Shown in pieces: positions 9,604 through 18,790 of a stretch of 64,000 nt of DNA (position 1 is the stretch's first letter; each line of letters starts with the position of its first letter). Location: NCBI GenBank assembly GCA_017477125.1, contig JAFUXN010000014.1, positions 1,872 to 65,871 of the forward strand, written 5' to 3'. Below the pieces are notes generated by a model. The model saw only the letters and a program-made list of their open reading frames with translations. It was not told where the DNA came from and did not search any database. The position numbers and the translations under genes were made by a program. The stretch comes from Selenomonadaceae bacterium. Its GTDB lineage: Bacteria; Bacillota; Negativicutes; Selenomonadales; Selenomonadaceae.

Positions 9604-10026
9604 ATGAAAATTTGGGAGATCGGATCGCAATTGCCGCTGACAACATCGAAGGGCTCGTCGGACAGCTCGACGCCCTCAGAGTACGCAAAAATTCTCGCGG
9701 AAAAAATTGCCGATGCGAGAACTGAAATGGAACAGATGGACGAGATTCAGGCGCGGCTCGATGAAATTGCAGAACTCCATGAAGAACTCACGGGTCGAGC
9801 GTTGGACTCGTCGCAATCAGGAGAGAAGTCGACCATTCGCAAGTTCAAACCCGACGGGTCGATTCTCTTTTTGACCGTTCAAGACGGCAAGACGGTGTCG
9901 GTGATCAAGAAGAAGCCGCGCCTCGTTGCCGTTTCCGATCCAATGGCGCCGCTTACCCCGTCGGGGAAGATCGCGGTCAAGCTCGAAGCTCGACCCGAGA
10001 TCGATTTTGCGGCGTTCATGATGTGA
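9604..10026 (+). CDS. Hypothetical protein
   Basis: 140-aa ORF with a GGGAGG RBS before the ATG at 9604. Charged helical N-half. I recognise no family. Confidence 0.5.
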   Translation: MKIWEIGSQLPLTTSKGSSDSSTPSEYAKILAEKIADARTEMEQMDEIQARLDEIAELHEELTGRALDSSQSGEKSTIRKFKPDGSILFLTVQDGKTVSVIKKKPRLVAVSDPMAPLTPSGKIAVKLEARPEIDFAAFMM

Positions 10027-10222
10027 TCGTTCGGTGAGCGGTTCCTTTCAGAGGTAATTTTTCCGGGATTGACGATAGAGGCTTCGAACCACCGCCGTGC
10101 ACCACACAGACGGCGTTAAGATCGTCGGCAGTGGCGGGATCGGAGTTACGGTTCTCTTCTCAAGCAAGGATGGCGAACGCCCCTTGTTTGTCGGTACAAT
10201 CCTTAAGAAGGGGAGTGTGTAC

Positions 10223-10924
10223 ATGGACGTAGGAAACACCACCAAAATGTCGCAGATCGGTCTCAACGTTTACGCTAAGATGAACGGCGTCAACGGCACC
10301 AAGACATCTTCGACGACAACGACTCCTCAAAGCGCGACGTCTGACTTTGGCGCGGCATATTCGGTCGACATCTCGAAGACCGGACAGCAGGCCGCTCAAG
10401 AGGCAGCAGACGCCGAGCAAGATCAGCAGACGCAGGGAACCACAAAGGGGTTGACGAGTGAGCAGGTTGATGCGCTCAAAGCCGACATCGATTATAACCA
10501 GCAGGTGATGCTCAATCTGATGATCCAAGCCCTGCAGGACACCAATGACAGACTTCAAGGTTGGCTCGACGAGGGTACAGGCGTGCTGAACTTTGGAGGC
10601 GTGCAAGTCGATGCGTCGATGTTTGGCATGCCCGAGGTTGCCACCAATCCCGAGGACGCTGCCAAGGCCGTTGCTGACGGCGGCGATTGGTCTGTCGATG
10701 CGGTCGCGACCAGGATTTTCGATCTCGCTTCGACGATCGCAGGTAACGATCCCACCAGACTTGAAGAAATGCGCGCGGCGGTTGAGGAAGGCTTCAGACA
10801 AGCCGGAGTCACCTGGAGCGACGCAACCGGTCAGAAAGACATGCCCGAAATCACGAGCAAGACTTATGACGAGATCATGAGCCGATTCGACGCTCGAGCG
10901 AAAGAGTTGAGCGGCGGTGTCTGA
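10223..10924 (+). CDS. Hypothetical protein, possibly DUF5610-like
   Basis: ORF trimmed to the ATG at 10223 (AAGGGGAG RBS). The C-terminal WSVDAVATRIFDLASTIAGNDPTRLEEMRAAVEEGFRQA resembles DUF5610-type proteins from memory. The family call is weak. Confidence 0.5.
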   Translation: MDVGNTTKMSQIGLNVYAKMNGVNGTKTSSTTTTPQSATSDFGAAYSVDISKTGQQAAQEAADAEQDQQTQGTTKGLTSEQVDALKADIDYNQQVMLNLMIQALQDTNDRLQGWLDEGTGVLNFGGVQVDASMFGMPEVATNPEDAAKAVADGGDWSVDAVATRIFDLASTIAGNDPTRLEEMRAAVEEGFRQAGVTWSDATGQKDMPEITSKTYDEIMSRFDARAKELSGGV

Positions 10925-11050
10925 TGACCTAACGGAGCGCGAGGAATTTGCACTGTGACCACCATCGCAGTCGGCGTGCACACCAACGCTGCGAACTCCG
11001 GCGCTCCCAACTCGACTTTTTAGGCTGATATCAATGGAGATAATGGCGAT

Positions 11051-11093
11051 AAAAAAAGCACCGCTTGATCACACCGAGGCGAGTGCTTTTTTT
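11051..11093. terminator. Bidirectional terminator between convergent genes
   Basis: An A7 run, then hairpin GCACCGC...GCGAGTGC (11058-11086), then a T7 run. Confidence 0.6.
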
Positions 11094-11098
11094 GTTGG

Positions 11099-11794
11099 CT
11101 AGCAGAAGAGGAACAGGATCGCGCCGAAGAACACGGCGATGCTGAAACCTTTGAGCGCGTTCTGCACTGTCTGATTGTGCTTGCCGAAGAGTGCTCCGAC
11201 GGTCGGGCGGATCAGATAAGTGAGCAGCGACAGCGACAGGAAGAACGACGCTTTATCGGCAGTATAGAGGCTGTAGACGAGGGCGACGGCGGAGATTGCG
11301 ATGCCGTAACTCTCGACGCGGCGATGATAAGGTTTGGGCTCGTCGTCGATCGGATCGGCATTGGGATCGATGCCGCCGATGGGGCGATCCTTCACCTCTC
11401 GACGCACGTTGACTTTGATCGGCTCCCGAAGGTGGAGCTTTTTATTTTGCTTCTCGCCCTTCCGCTTCTTCGATTTCGGCGGCTCAACTTTTGGCTCGAT
11501 CTTCGGCTCAACCTTCGGCCCGATCTTCGGCTCAACGATCGGTTCAACCTTCAGCTCGATCTTCGGTTCAACCTTCGGTTCGACGGGAGAGGGCGGCGTT
11601 GGCGGCGTTGGCGGTGGCGGCGGTGATGGTGGTGGCGGCGACAGTGGTTTGGGTTCTTCCTCCTTTATGAAATCGTCGAGCCCTACCTCCTTGGCTTCGC
11701 CGTTGCCGTATGGATCGGTGTATTTCGCTTTGTAATTTTTGAGGTCGAGCGACGCGATTATACTCTTCTTCTTTTTCTTTGAGTCGTCAGCCAT
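11099..11794 (-). CDS. Proline-rich membrane protein with (V/I)EPK repeats
   Basis: MADDSKKKKK..., then PPPPSPPPPPTPPTPPSP followed by VEPKVEPKIELKVEPIVEPKIGPKVEPKIEPKVEPP. Two C-terminal TM helices. I recognise no family. Confidence 0.55.
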   Translation of the reverse strand: MADDSKKKKKSIIASLDLKNYKAKYTDPYGNGEAKEVGLDDFIKEEEPKPLSPPPPSPPPPPTPPTPPSPVEPKVEPKIELKVEPIVEPKIGPKVEPKIEPKVEPPKSKKRKGEKQNKKLHLREPIKVNVRREVKDRPIGGIDPNADPIDDEPKPYHRRVESYGIAISAVALVYSLYTADKASFFLSLSLLTYLIRPTVGALFGKHNQTVQNALKGFSIAVFFGAILFLFC

Positions 11795-11815
11795 TACTGC
11801 GTTCACTCCTCGAAC

Positions 11816-12442
11816 TCAAATCGCATTTCGAATAATGTCGGGCAACCATTTGTAGAGATAAATGCCGGGGCAGGTCGTCTTGCAAAAATCTTTGTGCCCG
11901 AACACCGTCGAGGCGCCGGGCGTGATATCGTAGTGCTTGCAGATCGCGCCGACCAACTTCTCCGCCGCGCGGAACTGCTCGCTCGTCGGACGCGACAGCT
12001 CAAAATTGCCGACCACGCAGATGCCGACGGTATTATCATTGTGATCGTAGGTGTGGGCGCCGACGGTATCAAGAGGACGTCCGCGCTCGATCGAACCGTC
12101 CTTGCGAATGACGTAATGATATCCGATGCCCGCCCAACCGTTCTTTCGATGCCAGCGATGGATCGCGGCGGCGTTGATGTTTTTGTCGGTGTTGCCGACG
12201 TGGTGAATGACGACCGCATCTGTCCGACTTCGACGCCGGAGACGCTTCGCCCAATCGAAATTGATCTCGCGCAAGATGATGCTATCGAAGTCAAGCGTTT
12301 CCTCACCGATGATCTGTTCGTCGTCGGGCTCGACGGAGTAGGGATCATCGACGGGGACGACCGCCGCGACGGAAAATTTCAGAGCGCGCGCCAAAAACTC
12401 CCGACGGCTCATGGACGCTGATAAGATGTCTTGAATGTTCAT
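11816..12442 (-). CDS. N-acetylmuramoyl-L-alanine amidase (Amidase_2/PGRP fold) with Tat-like signal
   Basis: Trimmed to the ATG at 12440-12442 (MNIQDILSASMSRREFLARALKFSVAAV). AVVIHHVGN, GIGYHYVI and the C-terminal GHKDF..TTCPG are typical of type-2 amidases. Confidence 0.8.
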   Translation of the reverse strand: MNIQDILSASMSRREFLARALKFSVAAVVPVDDPYSVEPDDEQIIGEETLDFDSIILREINFDWAKRLRRRSRTDAVVIHHVGNTDKNINAAAIHRWHRKNGWAGIGYHYVIRKDGSIERGRPLDTVGAHTYDHNDNTVGICVVGNFELSRPTSEQFRAAEKLVGAICKHYDITPGASTVFGHKDFCKTTCPGIYLYKWLPDIIRNAI

Positions 12443-12554
12443 GGCAAAAGCCTTCGACGTTAAATGAAAAAATCCTGCCGTCGCCGTCGAGCTCAAAAAA
12501 AACTTGTCGGCTCAAAAAAATTTTTATATCATAATCTCGAGAGGAGGCGAGACA

Positions 12555-13196
12555 ATGTTCGAAACGATTTTGTTGACGGCGGCGCTCGTCTCGATCGTCG
12601 TGCTCTATAAATTTCTGCCCAATCGGAAGGTGTTCGCCTACTTCTGTGCGTCGATGGTGCTGATGTTTTTGGCGGGCGCGTTCTTCGGACTGCAGGCTAA
12701 ATCCGACAGCTCGATCGACGATGAGCAACGCAACGTCCGCTTGAATCAGGAAAAATTTTTTATCGACTGGTACACGCAATATCAGAAGGACATTGAACAG
12801 CTCGACCGCAATTGGCAGCTTTATCATTCGATCGTCGACAGCTATAAGACTTACAAAGCGGATCTGTCGAGCACGTACGAGCGATTGCAGGAACTTGAGC
12901 GCGAGGAACTGCTCGAGCAGATACACATTCACACCTTGCAGCCGCCACCCGAGCTCGATGCGGAGTGCAGTGAGCTGGTGGGGCAGGTGATCAAGAAAAC
13001 GCAACTCTACGTCGACGCGCAAACGCAAACGATCTCGCTGACGAAGAACGCGGCAAATCCCGAGTTCATTGCGGTCGAAGATCACAACGAATTGAGCCGT
13101 CGGTTCCAAGACATAATGATCAGGGAGTCGCCGGTCGGGCTGTTCACGGCGTCGGAGATATCGGCGTTGCGAGAATACTTTGCGGTGACGAATTGA
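12555..13196 (+). CDS. Hypothetical membrane protein
   Basis: GAGGAGG RBS, two N-terminal TM helices, then a coiled-coil-like region. Confidence 0.5.
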   Translation: MFETILLTAALVSIVVLYKFLPNRKVFAYFCASMVLMFLAGAFFGLQAKSDSSIDDEQRNVRLNQEKFFIDWYTQYQKDIEQLDRNWQLYHSIVDSYKTYKADLSSTYERLQELEREELLEQIHIHTLQPPPELDAECSELVGQVIKKTQLYVDAQTQTISLTKNAANPEFIAVEDHNELSRRFQDIMIRESPVGLFTASEISALREYFAVTN

Positions 13197-13207
13197 GGTG
13201 ACGGTCG

Positions 13208-13846
13208 TTGAAGAAGTACAGGACGGTTAGCGCCGGCGGGATTTACGAGGCGAGTTATGAGATCAATCGGTCGAAGTTCATTGCGCACGTCAAGCGGGCG
13301 GAGGACGAGGAGCAGGCGCGGGAGTTTCTGCAGTCGATGAAAAAGAAGTACTTTGATGCGACGCATAATTGTTCGGCGTGGGTGATCGGCGTCGACGTGG
13401 AGAAGCACAAGTCGAACGATGACGGGGAGCCGGGCGGGACGGCGGGCAATCCGATCCTTGAGGTGATCAAGAAGAACGCGTTGACCGATACGATCATCGT
13501 GGTGACGAGATATTTCGGCGGGATCAAATTGGGAGCGGGCGGGCTGATACGAGCGTACTCGCATGCGGCGTCGATGGGATTGGCGGCGGCGGAGCTCGTG
13601 ACGATGACGCCGATGACGCAATTGGCGGTAACGCTCGAGTACGGAATGTTGGCGAGCGTGGAGAATTGGTTGAGGCAAAAAAAAATAACCGTCGTCGGGA
13701 CGGAGTATGCGGCAGACGTGACGCTCAACCTGATGATCGAGCCGTCGAACATCGATTGGATCATATCGGAGCTGACGGAATTGACGGCGGCTAATTTTCT
13801 CCACGAGCTCGGCGAAGAAACCTTGGTGCCGATCAAAATCATCTGA
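13208..13846 (+). CDS. YigZ / IMPACT-family protein
   Basis: INRSKFIAHV, ATHNCSAWV, DDGEPGGTAG and VVVTRYFGGIKLGAGGL are characteristic of the family. Confidence 0.85.
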   Translation: MKKYRTVSAGGIYEASYEINRSKFIAHVKRAEDEEQAREFLQSMKKKYFDATHNCSAWVIGVDVEKHKSNDDGEPGGTAGNPILEVIKKNALTDTIIVVTRYFGGIKLGAGGLIRAYSHAASMGLAAAELVTMTPMTQLAVTLEYGMLASVENWLRQKKITVVGTEYAADVTLNLMIEPSNIDWIISELTELTAANFLHELGEETLVPIKII

Positions 13847-14126
13847 GGTTGCGCCCCTTGGACTTATCCATCTTGTAGACGTAAGCCATGACTTCGGCGA
13901 TCGCCTTGTAGAGTTCGGGCGGTATCTCCCGATCGATCTCGAGCGCCATCAGCATGTTTATTAAAGTTTTGTTTTTGTAGACGGGGATCGCATTTTTCTG
14001 CGCCGTCGCCAATATATGTTCCGCCACGTGCCCGCGTCCTTTTGCGATCACGCGCGGAGCCCGATCTCTTTCGGCGTCGTACTTGAGTGCGGCGGCTTTT
14101 TTTTCTTCTTCCGGTATCATTTCCAT
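13839..14126 (-). CDS. FlhB C-terminal-like protein (YlqH type; EscU/YscU/HrcU family fragment)
   Basis: 95 aa: AAALKYDAERDRAPRVIAKGRGHVAEHILATAQKNAIPVYKNKTLINMLMALEIDREIPPELYKAIAEV. It occupies the position of B. subtilis ylqH. Confidence 0.8.
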   Translation of the reverse strand: MEMIPEEEKKAAALKYDAERDRAPRVIAKGRGHVAEHILATAQKNAIPVYKNKTLINMLMALEIDREIPPELYKAIAEVMAYVYKMDKSKGRNLR

Positions 14127-14145
14127 CGTTCAAAATCCTCGTCGA

Positions 14146-17100
14146 TTAAGTCATTTTCTCGCCGACGCTTCCGATGCGCACTTCGCCGAGGTTGAGCGTC
14201 GACTCTTTGAGAGCATCGCGCAGGTCGGGCAGGTATGAGCGGAACTCTCGAGCAGTTTCCTTTTGCGAGAAGTAAAATCTCATGTCGAGCTGATTGCCCT
14301 CGTACACTCTGAACGTGAGTTCGACCGCGCCAATGTTGTCGGTCAACACGCAGATGCGCACCCAAGTTTCTTTGCGTTGTTCGCCGGTCTCCTTGTCGCG
14401 CGCGTTCTCGTCGTAAACGTGCAGGTATGTCGGATAGGAATTTTCGTTGTCGCCCATGTAGAGAGGCATCATCATTTGGAACGAGCGATTGCCCTGCACC
14501 GACGACGAATTGTCGCCGCCCATCGCGTGGCGCATGGCGTTGGCGAACTCGGTGACGTCTCTGCCGGCGCGCTTGAATGCTTTCGCTGACAGTTTGGACG
14601 TGAGAGATGCCATGTCGCACAACTGCATGAACGCCCACAGTCTCGGCAGGTCGGGGAGATTTTGTTGAACGGCTGCCTGCTGAACGGTAACGGGGACATT
14701 CTGCTGACAGAGGCGGAGGAGGTTTTGAAGGTGGCGCGCCTCGCCTTCGGACATCATGGGCTGATTGTTGTTGACGAAGTTCTGAAGCAGAGCGGATTCT
14801 CGTTCGGTGAGGTTGGCTTGCCCGCCGCGCATGAGGAATTGCGCGAGGCTCTTCAAGGCGTCCATGGTTTGGGGCGTGTTCTGCAGGGGCTGTTTGAGCA
14901 TGAATGATTTGGCGTCCTGCATGTCGTTACGCAATTGCAATTGACGCGAGAAGAAATCGTTGGGCTGGGTCGGGCGATCGAATTGGGCTCCGGGCTGATA
15001 CTCTTGGAAGGGCGTCCATTGAGATTGCTGTTGCGGTTGGGCGGATTGTTGATTGGGTTGGGGCTGATTGGCGGGCTGTTGGAAATTTTGTTGTGTGGGT
15101 TGCTGTTGATTGACGGGCGGTTGATTGGGTTGCGGTTGGTTGAATGATTGCGGTTGGGGGTTGTTGATCGGCGGTTGGTTCTGCGGTTGATAACTCTGTT
15201 GTGGTTGCCCTTGATTGGGTTGGGGCTGTTGATAGTTTTGTTGCGGCTGACCTTGATTGGGTTGGGGCTGGTAGTTTTGTTGTGTCAACTGTTGAATGTT
15301 TTGAGGTTGGAAGTTAGGTTGCGGCTGACCCTGATTGGTCGGCGGTTGCTGATAGTTTTGAGGTTGAGAGGATTGCTGATTGGGCTGATTGAATGAAGGC
15401 TGAGAGTTGGGCGGCGCGCCCTGCGGTTGATAATTTTGTTGCGGCTGACCTTGACTGGTCGGCGGTTGATAATTTTGAGGTTGAGTTGATTGTTGATTGG
15501 GCTGATTGAATGAAGGCTGAGAGTTGGGAGGAGCGCCCTGCTGTTGATAATTTTGTTGTGGCTGACCCTGCTTCGTCGGCTGTTGATAGTTTTGAGGTTG
15601 AGCCTGATTGGGCTGATTGAATGAAGGCTGAGAGTTGGGAGGCGGATTCTGCGGCTGATAATTTTGTTGGGGTTGACCTTGATTGGTCGGTTGTTGTTGA
15701 TAGTTTTGAGGTTGAGCAGATTGTTGATTGGGCTGGTTGAATGAAGGCTGAGAGTTTGGAGGAGGATTCTGCGGCTGATAATTTTGTTGGGGCTGACCTT
15801 GATTGGTCGGCTGTTGATAGTTTTGAGGCTGAGCCGATTGTTGATTGGGCTGACTGAATGAAGGCTGAGAGTTTGGAGGCGCGCCTTGCGGTTGATAATT
15901 TTGTTGGGGCTGACCTTGATTCATCGGCTGTTGATAGTTTTGAGGTTGAGAGGATTGTTGATTGGTTTGGTTGAATGAAGGCTGAGAGTTGGGAGGAGCG
16001 CCCTGCGGTTGATAATTTTGTTGCGGTTGACCTTGATTGGTCGGCGGTTGATAATTTTGAGGTTGAGTCGATTGTTGATTGGGCTGATTGAGTGAAGGCT
16101 GAGAGTTTGGAGGCGCGCCCTGCTGTTGATAATTTTGTTGTGGTTGACCCTGATTCTGCGTCGGCTGTTGTTGATAATTCTGTTGTGGTTGACCCTGATT
16201 CTGCGTCGGCTGTTGTTGATAATTTTGTTGTGGCTGACCTTGACTCGTCGGCTGTTGTTGATAATTTTGCTGAGGCTGACCCTGATGGGGTTGAGGCTGA
16301 TAGTTCTGTTGTGGTTGACCCTGATTCGTCGGCGGTTGATAATTTTGCTGTGGTTGAGCCGATTGTTGTTGAGCTTGCGGCTGCTGATTGTTCACCATCG
16401 ATTGGAGGAACTGCCTCGTCCGAGTCATCTGAGGCTGCTGACTTTGCTGACCGCGCGCCGATCGCTGCTCCTGCCCCTGAGCCTGCTCACCTTGCGGCGC
16501 CTCTCCGTCAGCCTTCGATCCATTCGGAGCTTCGGACGTCGGCGTCGGACGCGGCATGAAAAATTTGATCAGCTGATTCAAAAATTGCATGCCTTCCGAT
16601 TGTTGAGCTTGAGGCATCGGTAATGCCGTCGGCGTCCCCTGCGCCAGTTGAGCCAGCACCTCATATAATTTCTCCGGCAGGTCGACCGCGTTCTTCGAGT
16701 CGATCAGTTCGAATGCCGCCTTCGACATCAACACCGGCTCTAACGACTCGCCGCCCTGCTCGCTCACGATCAAATTCTTGAACGCTTTGAAGATAACTTC
16801 CGTCTCGTTGCTCAGCTCCATCGAGAAGCCCTTCTCCGCCAACGCTCCTATCTGCGCCAACATCCTCGCGAACACCGATAACTGCTCCATCGAAAACCGT
16901 TGGCTCTCGAGCGTGCTGCCCACGCCCTGTTTCAACGTCGCGTCCATCGAAAACGCTTGCTGCAGGACGTTCTTGACGATCTGCCCGACCTCGTCCGGCA
17001 ACTTCTCTATTCCAAATCGCTCGCTCGTCGAGATTCGAGACAACAGCCCCGCCATGTCCTCGACTGCCGTCTTCAACAGGACGTTCGTCTGCGGTCGAAA

Positions 17101-17208
17101 GCCGCCGCCCGCGCCTCCATCTTCTCGCCTTTGGACACCATCAGTGCCTCCCGTCCGCTGCGGCTGATTTAACGGTCTTATTCCTATGGCACCTGCGTCC
17201 AATGGCAT
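14146..17208 (-). CDS. FliK-like (YlqG-type) protein with a giant Q/N/P-rich repeat region
   Basis: 1020 aa. The C-terminal roughly 120 aa (ETWVRICVLTDNIGAVELTFRVYEGNQLDMRFYFSQKETAREFRSYLPDLRDALKESTLNLGEVRIG) resemble the hook-length-control (Flg_hook) domain. The gene sits between rnhB and the flhB-like gene, as ylqG does in B. subtilis. Confidence 0.65.
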   Translation of the reverse strand: MPLDAGAIGIRPLNQPQRTGGTDGVQRREDGGAGGGFRPQTNVLLKTAVEDMAGLLSRISTSERFGIEKLPDEVGQIVKNVLQQAFSMDATLKQGVGSTLESQRFSMEQLSVFARMLAQIGALAEKGFSMELSNETEVIFKAFKNLIVSEQGGESLEPVLMSKAAFELIDSKNAVDLPEKLYEVLAQLAQGTPTALPMPQAQQSEGMQFLNQLIKFFMPRPTPTSEAPNGSKADGEAPQGEQAQGQEQRSARGQQSQQPQMTRTRQFLQSMVNNQQPQAQQQSAQPQQNYQPPTNQGQPQQNYQPQPHQGQPQQNYQQQPTSQGQPQQNYQQQPTQNQGQPQQNYQQQPTQNQGQPQQNYQQQGAPPNSQPSLNQPNQQSTQPQNYQPPTNQGQPQQNYQPQGAPPNSQPSFNQTNQQSSQPQNYQQPMNQGQPQQNYQPQGAPPNSQPSFSQPNQQSAQPQNYQQPTNQGQPQQNYQPQNPPPNSQPSFNQPNQQSAQPQNYQQQPTNQGQPQQNYQPQNPPPNSQPSFNQPNQAQPQNYQQPTKQGQPQQNYQQQGAPPNSQPSFNQPNQQSTQPQNYQPPTSQGQPQQNYQPQGAPPNSQPSFNQPNQQSSQPQNYQQPPTNQGQPQPNFQPQNIQQLTQQNYQPQPNQGQPQQNYQQPQPNQGQPQQSYQPQNQPPINNPQPQSFNQPQPNQPPVNQQQPTQQNFQQPANQPQPNQQSAQPQQQSQWTPFQEYQPGAQFDRPTQPNDFFSRQLQLRNDMQDAKSFMLKQPLQNTPQTMDALKSLAQFLMRGGQANLTERESALLQNFVNNNQPMMSEGEARHLQNLLRLCQQNVPVTVQQAAVQQNLPDLPRLWAFMQLCDMASLTSKLSAKAFKRAGRDVTEFANAMRHAMGGDNSSSVQGNRSFQMMMPLYMGDNENSYPTYLHVYDENARDKETGEQRKETWVRICVLTDNIGAVELTFRVYEGNQLDMRFYFSQKETAREFRSYLPDLRDALKESTLNLGEVRIGSVGEKMT
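15391..16207 (-). repeat. In-frame tandem repeats, seven copies with a 111-120 bp period, inside the FliK-like gene
   Basis: The marker GA(A/G)TGAAGGCTGAGAGTT recurs at 15391, 15508, 15619, 15739, 15856, 15973 and 16090. Each unit encodes about 39 aa, e.g. GAPPNSQPSFNQPNQQS.QPQNYQQPTNQGQPQQNYQPQ. Shorter QGQPQQNYQ repeats flank it, spanning about 15048-16443 in total. Confidence 0.9.
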
Positions 17209-17231
17209 TGATATCGCTCCCTTCCCTTGGT

Positions 17232-17912
17232 TTAAAATTTTATCTCGAGTTGCGTCGAGTACAGCGACTTGACCGGCTCATAGCTCCGTCGATGAAGCGG
17301 CGTCGCTCCAAAATTTCTGATCGCCTCGAGATGTTTACGCGTCCCGTATCCGCGATTGTGCGCAAAATCGTATTGAGGATAAAGCTCGTCCCACTCGTCG
17401 GTCATTCGATCGCGCGTCACCTTCGCGATGATTGATGCCGCCGCTATCGTCGCCGACTTCGCATCTCCTCTGATGATCGACAGCGTGCCGATGTCGTCCC
17501 CAAAATAAATTTTCATCGCATCGGTCAAGACGAAGTTCGGTTTAATCGGCAACGCATGCACCGCGCGGATCATCGCTCGCAACGTCGCTTGATAGACGTT
17601 CAATCGATCGATCTCCTCAATCGATGAACAGACGGTTGAGACCGCCAACGCCTTGTCGATGATCTCATAGTATAAAATTTCGCGCCGTCGAGCGGTGAGC
17701 TTCTTGGAATCGTTGAGGTGATCGATGAAGACATCGGGCGGAAGGATCACCGCCGACACCACCAGCGGACCCGCCAACGAGCCGCGTCCAACTTCATCAA
17801 CGCCGGCGATCAGTTCATAGCCCTCGGCTCGATAGTGATCTTCGTACTCGTAGAGGCGGCGCACACGCTCTTCCTCGCGCTCGCGCTTTTTATTCAAATC
17901 TGTTATCGTCAT
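17232..17912 (-). CDS. rnhB: Ribonuclease HII
   Basis: IAGVDEVGRGSLAGPLV, LNDSKKL and DAKSATIAAASIIAKV motifs. Confidence 0.9.
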   Translation of the reverse strand: MTITDLNKKREREEERVRRLYEYEDHYRAEGYELIAGVDEVGRGSLAGPLVVSAVILPPDVFIDHLNDSKKLTARRREILYYEIIDKALAVSTVCSSIEEIDRLNVYQATLRAMIRAVHALPIKPNFVLTDAMKIYFGDDIGTLSIIRGDAKSATIAAASIIAKVTRDRMTDEWDELYPQYDFAHNRGYGTRKHLEAIRNFGATPLHRRSYEPVKSLYSTQLEIKF

Positions 17913-18790
17913 TTCGGATCATTTTCTTCAATCAGATCGAGAGTGATGCGCCCGAGCTTGCCGCTTCGAAATTCGGTCATCACGATGTGTTGAGCCTTAT
18001 CGAGATCGAGCGCACCGCCCTTCCGAAGGCAACCGCGCTTGCGTCCGATCGATTCGAGCAGTTGAGCTCCGTCGGCAGGCAACGGTTCGTCGAGCTTGAA
18101 CCGATCGATCAGTCCCGACGGATATCGAGCGGCAAGAGTTTCGAGCAGCAGACAAACCGTCCGCTCGAGATCGTAAATCTCATCTTTGAGCGCGAACGTC
18201 CACGCGAGTTTGAGAGCGGCGATCGGATCGTCGAACTTCGACCAGAGGATGCCGGGCGTGTCAAGCAATTCGAGATCGCCTTCGAGCTTGATCCATTGCT
18301 TGGCGCGAGTGACGCCGGGGCGATTTTCGATCTTGGTGTGGGCGCCGCCGCTCAACCGATTGATCAGAGACGACTTGCCGACGTTCGGAATGCCGATGAT
18401 CATCACGCGCGCCGCTCGGGGCTTGCCGCCATGCTTGACCATCTTATGAGTGAAGGGCTCGGCGAGTTTCTTGGCGGCGGCGATCAAATTCTTGATGCCC
18501 GTGCCCTTGACCGCGTCGACCGCAACGGCAGTGAGCTGCTCCGCGCGGAAGTGATCGATCCAAGCGGTGGTGAGTTTGGGATCGGCGAGATCGGATTTGC
18601 ACAGCGCGATCAGTCGGGGCTTGGTGCCGAGAATTTTTTTGAGCAGAGGGTTTTGACTGCTTGACGGGATTCGAGCGTCGAGCACTTCAATGATGATGTC
18701 GACGAGCTTGAGATTGGATTCGATGAGGCGTTGCGCCTTCTTCATATGTCCCGGGAACCATTGCAGGGTTGGGAGATCATTTTCGGTCAT
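17909..18790 (-). CDS. rbgA: Ribosome biogenesis GTPase A (YlqF/RbgA)
   Basis: ORF 17909..19186 trimmed to the ATG at 18788-18790 (MTENDLPTLQWFPGHMKKA). It shows the circularly permuted GTPase order: NKSD-like CKSDL, then GIPNVGKSSLIN, then DTPG. The upstream part of the ORF overlaps the addB 3' end. Confidence 0.9.
   Translation of the reverse strand: MTENDLPTLQWFPGHMKKAQRLIESNLKLVDIIIEVLDARIPSSSQNPLLKKILGTKPRLIALCKSDLADPKLTTAWIDHFRAEQLTAVAVDAVKGTGIKNLIAAAKKLAEPFTHKMVKHGGKPRAARVMIIGIPNVGKSSLINRLSGGAHTKIENRPGVTRAKQWIKLEGDLELLDTPGILWSKFDDPIAALKLAWTFALKDEIYDLERTVCLLLETLAARYPSGLIDRFKLDEPLPADGAQLLESIGRKRGCLRKGGALDLDKAQHIVMTEFRSGKLGRITLDLIEENDPK

Noticed and set aside
14662-16623. Plus-strand Leu/Val/Asp-rich ORFs (e.g. 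14935..15147, 15148..15396, 16092..16559, 16126..16623)
   Set aside because: They are antisense translations of the Q/P/N codon repeats (CAA/CAG/CCN read backwards as TTG/CTG/NGG). Their periodicity mirrors the minus-strand repeats.
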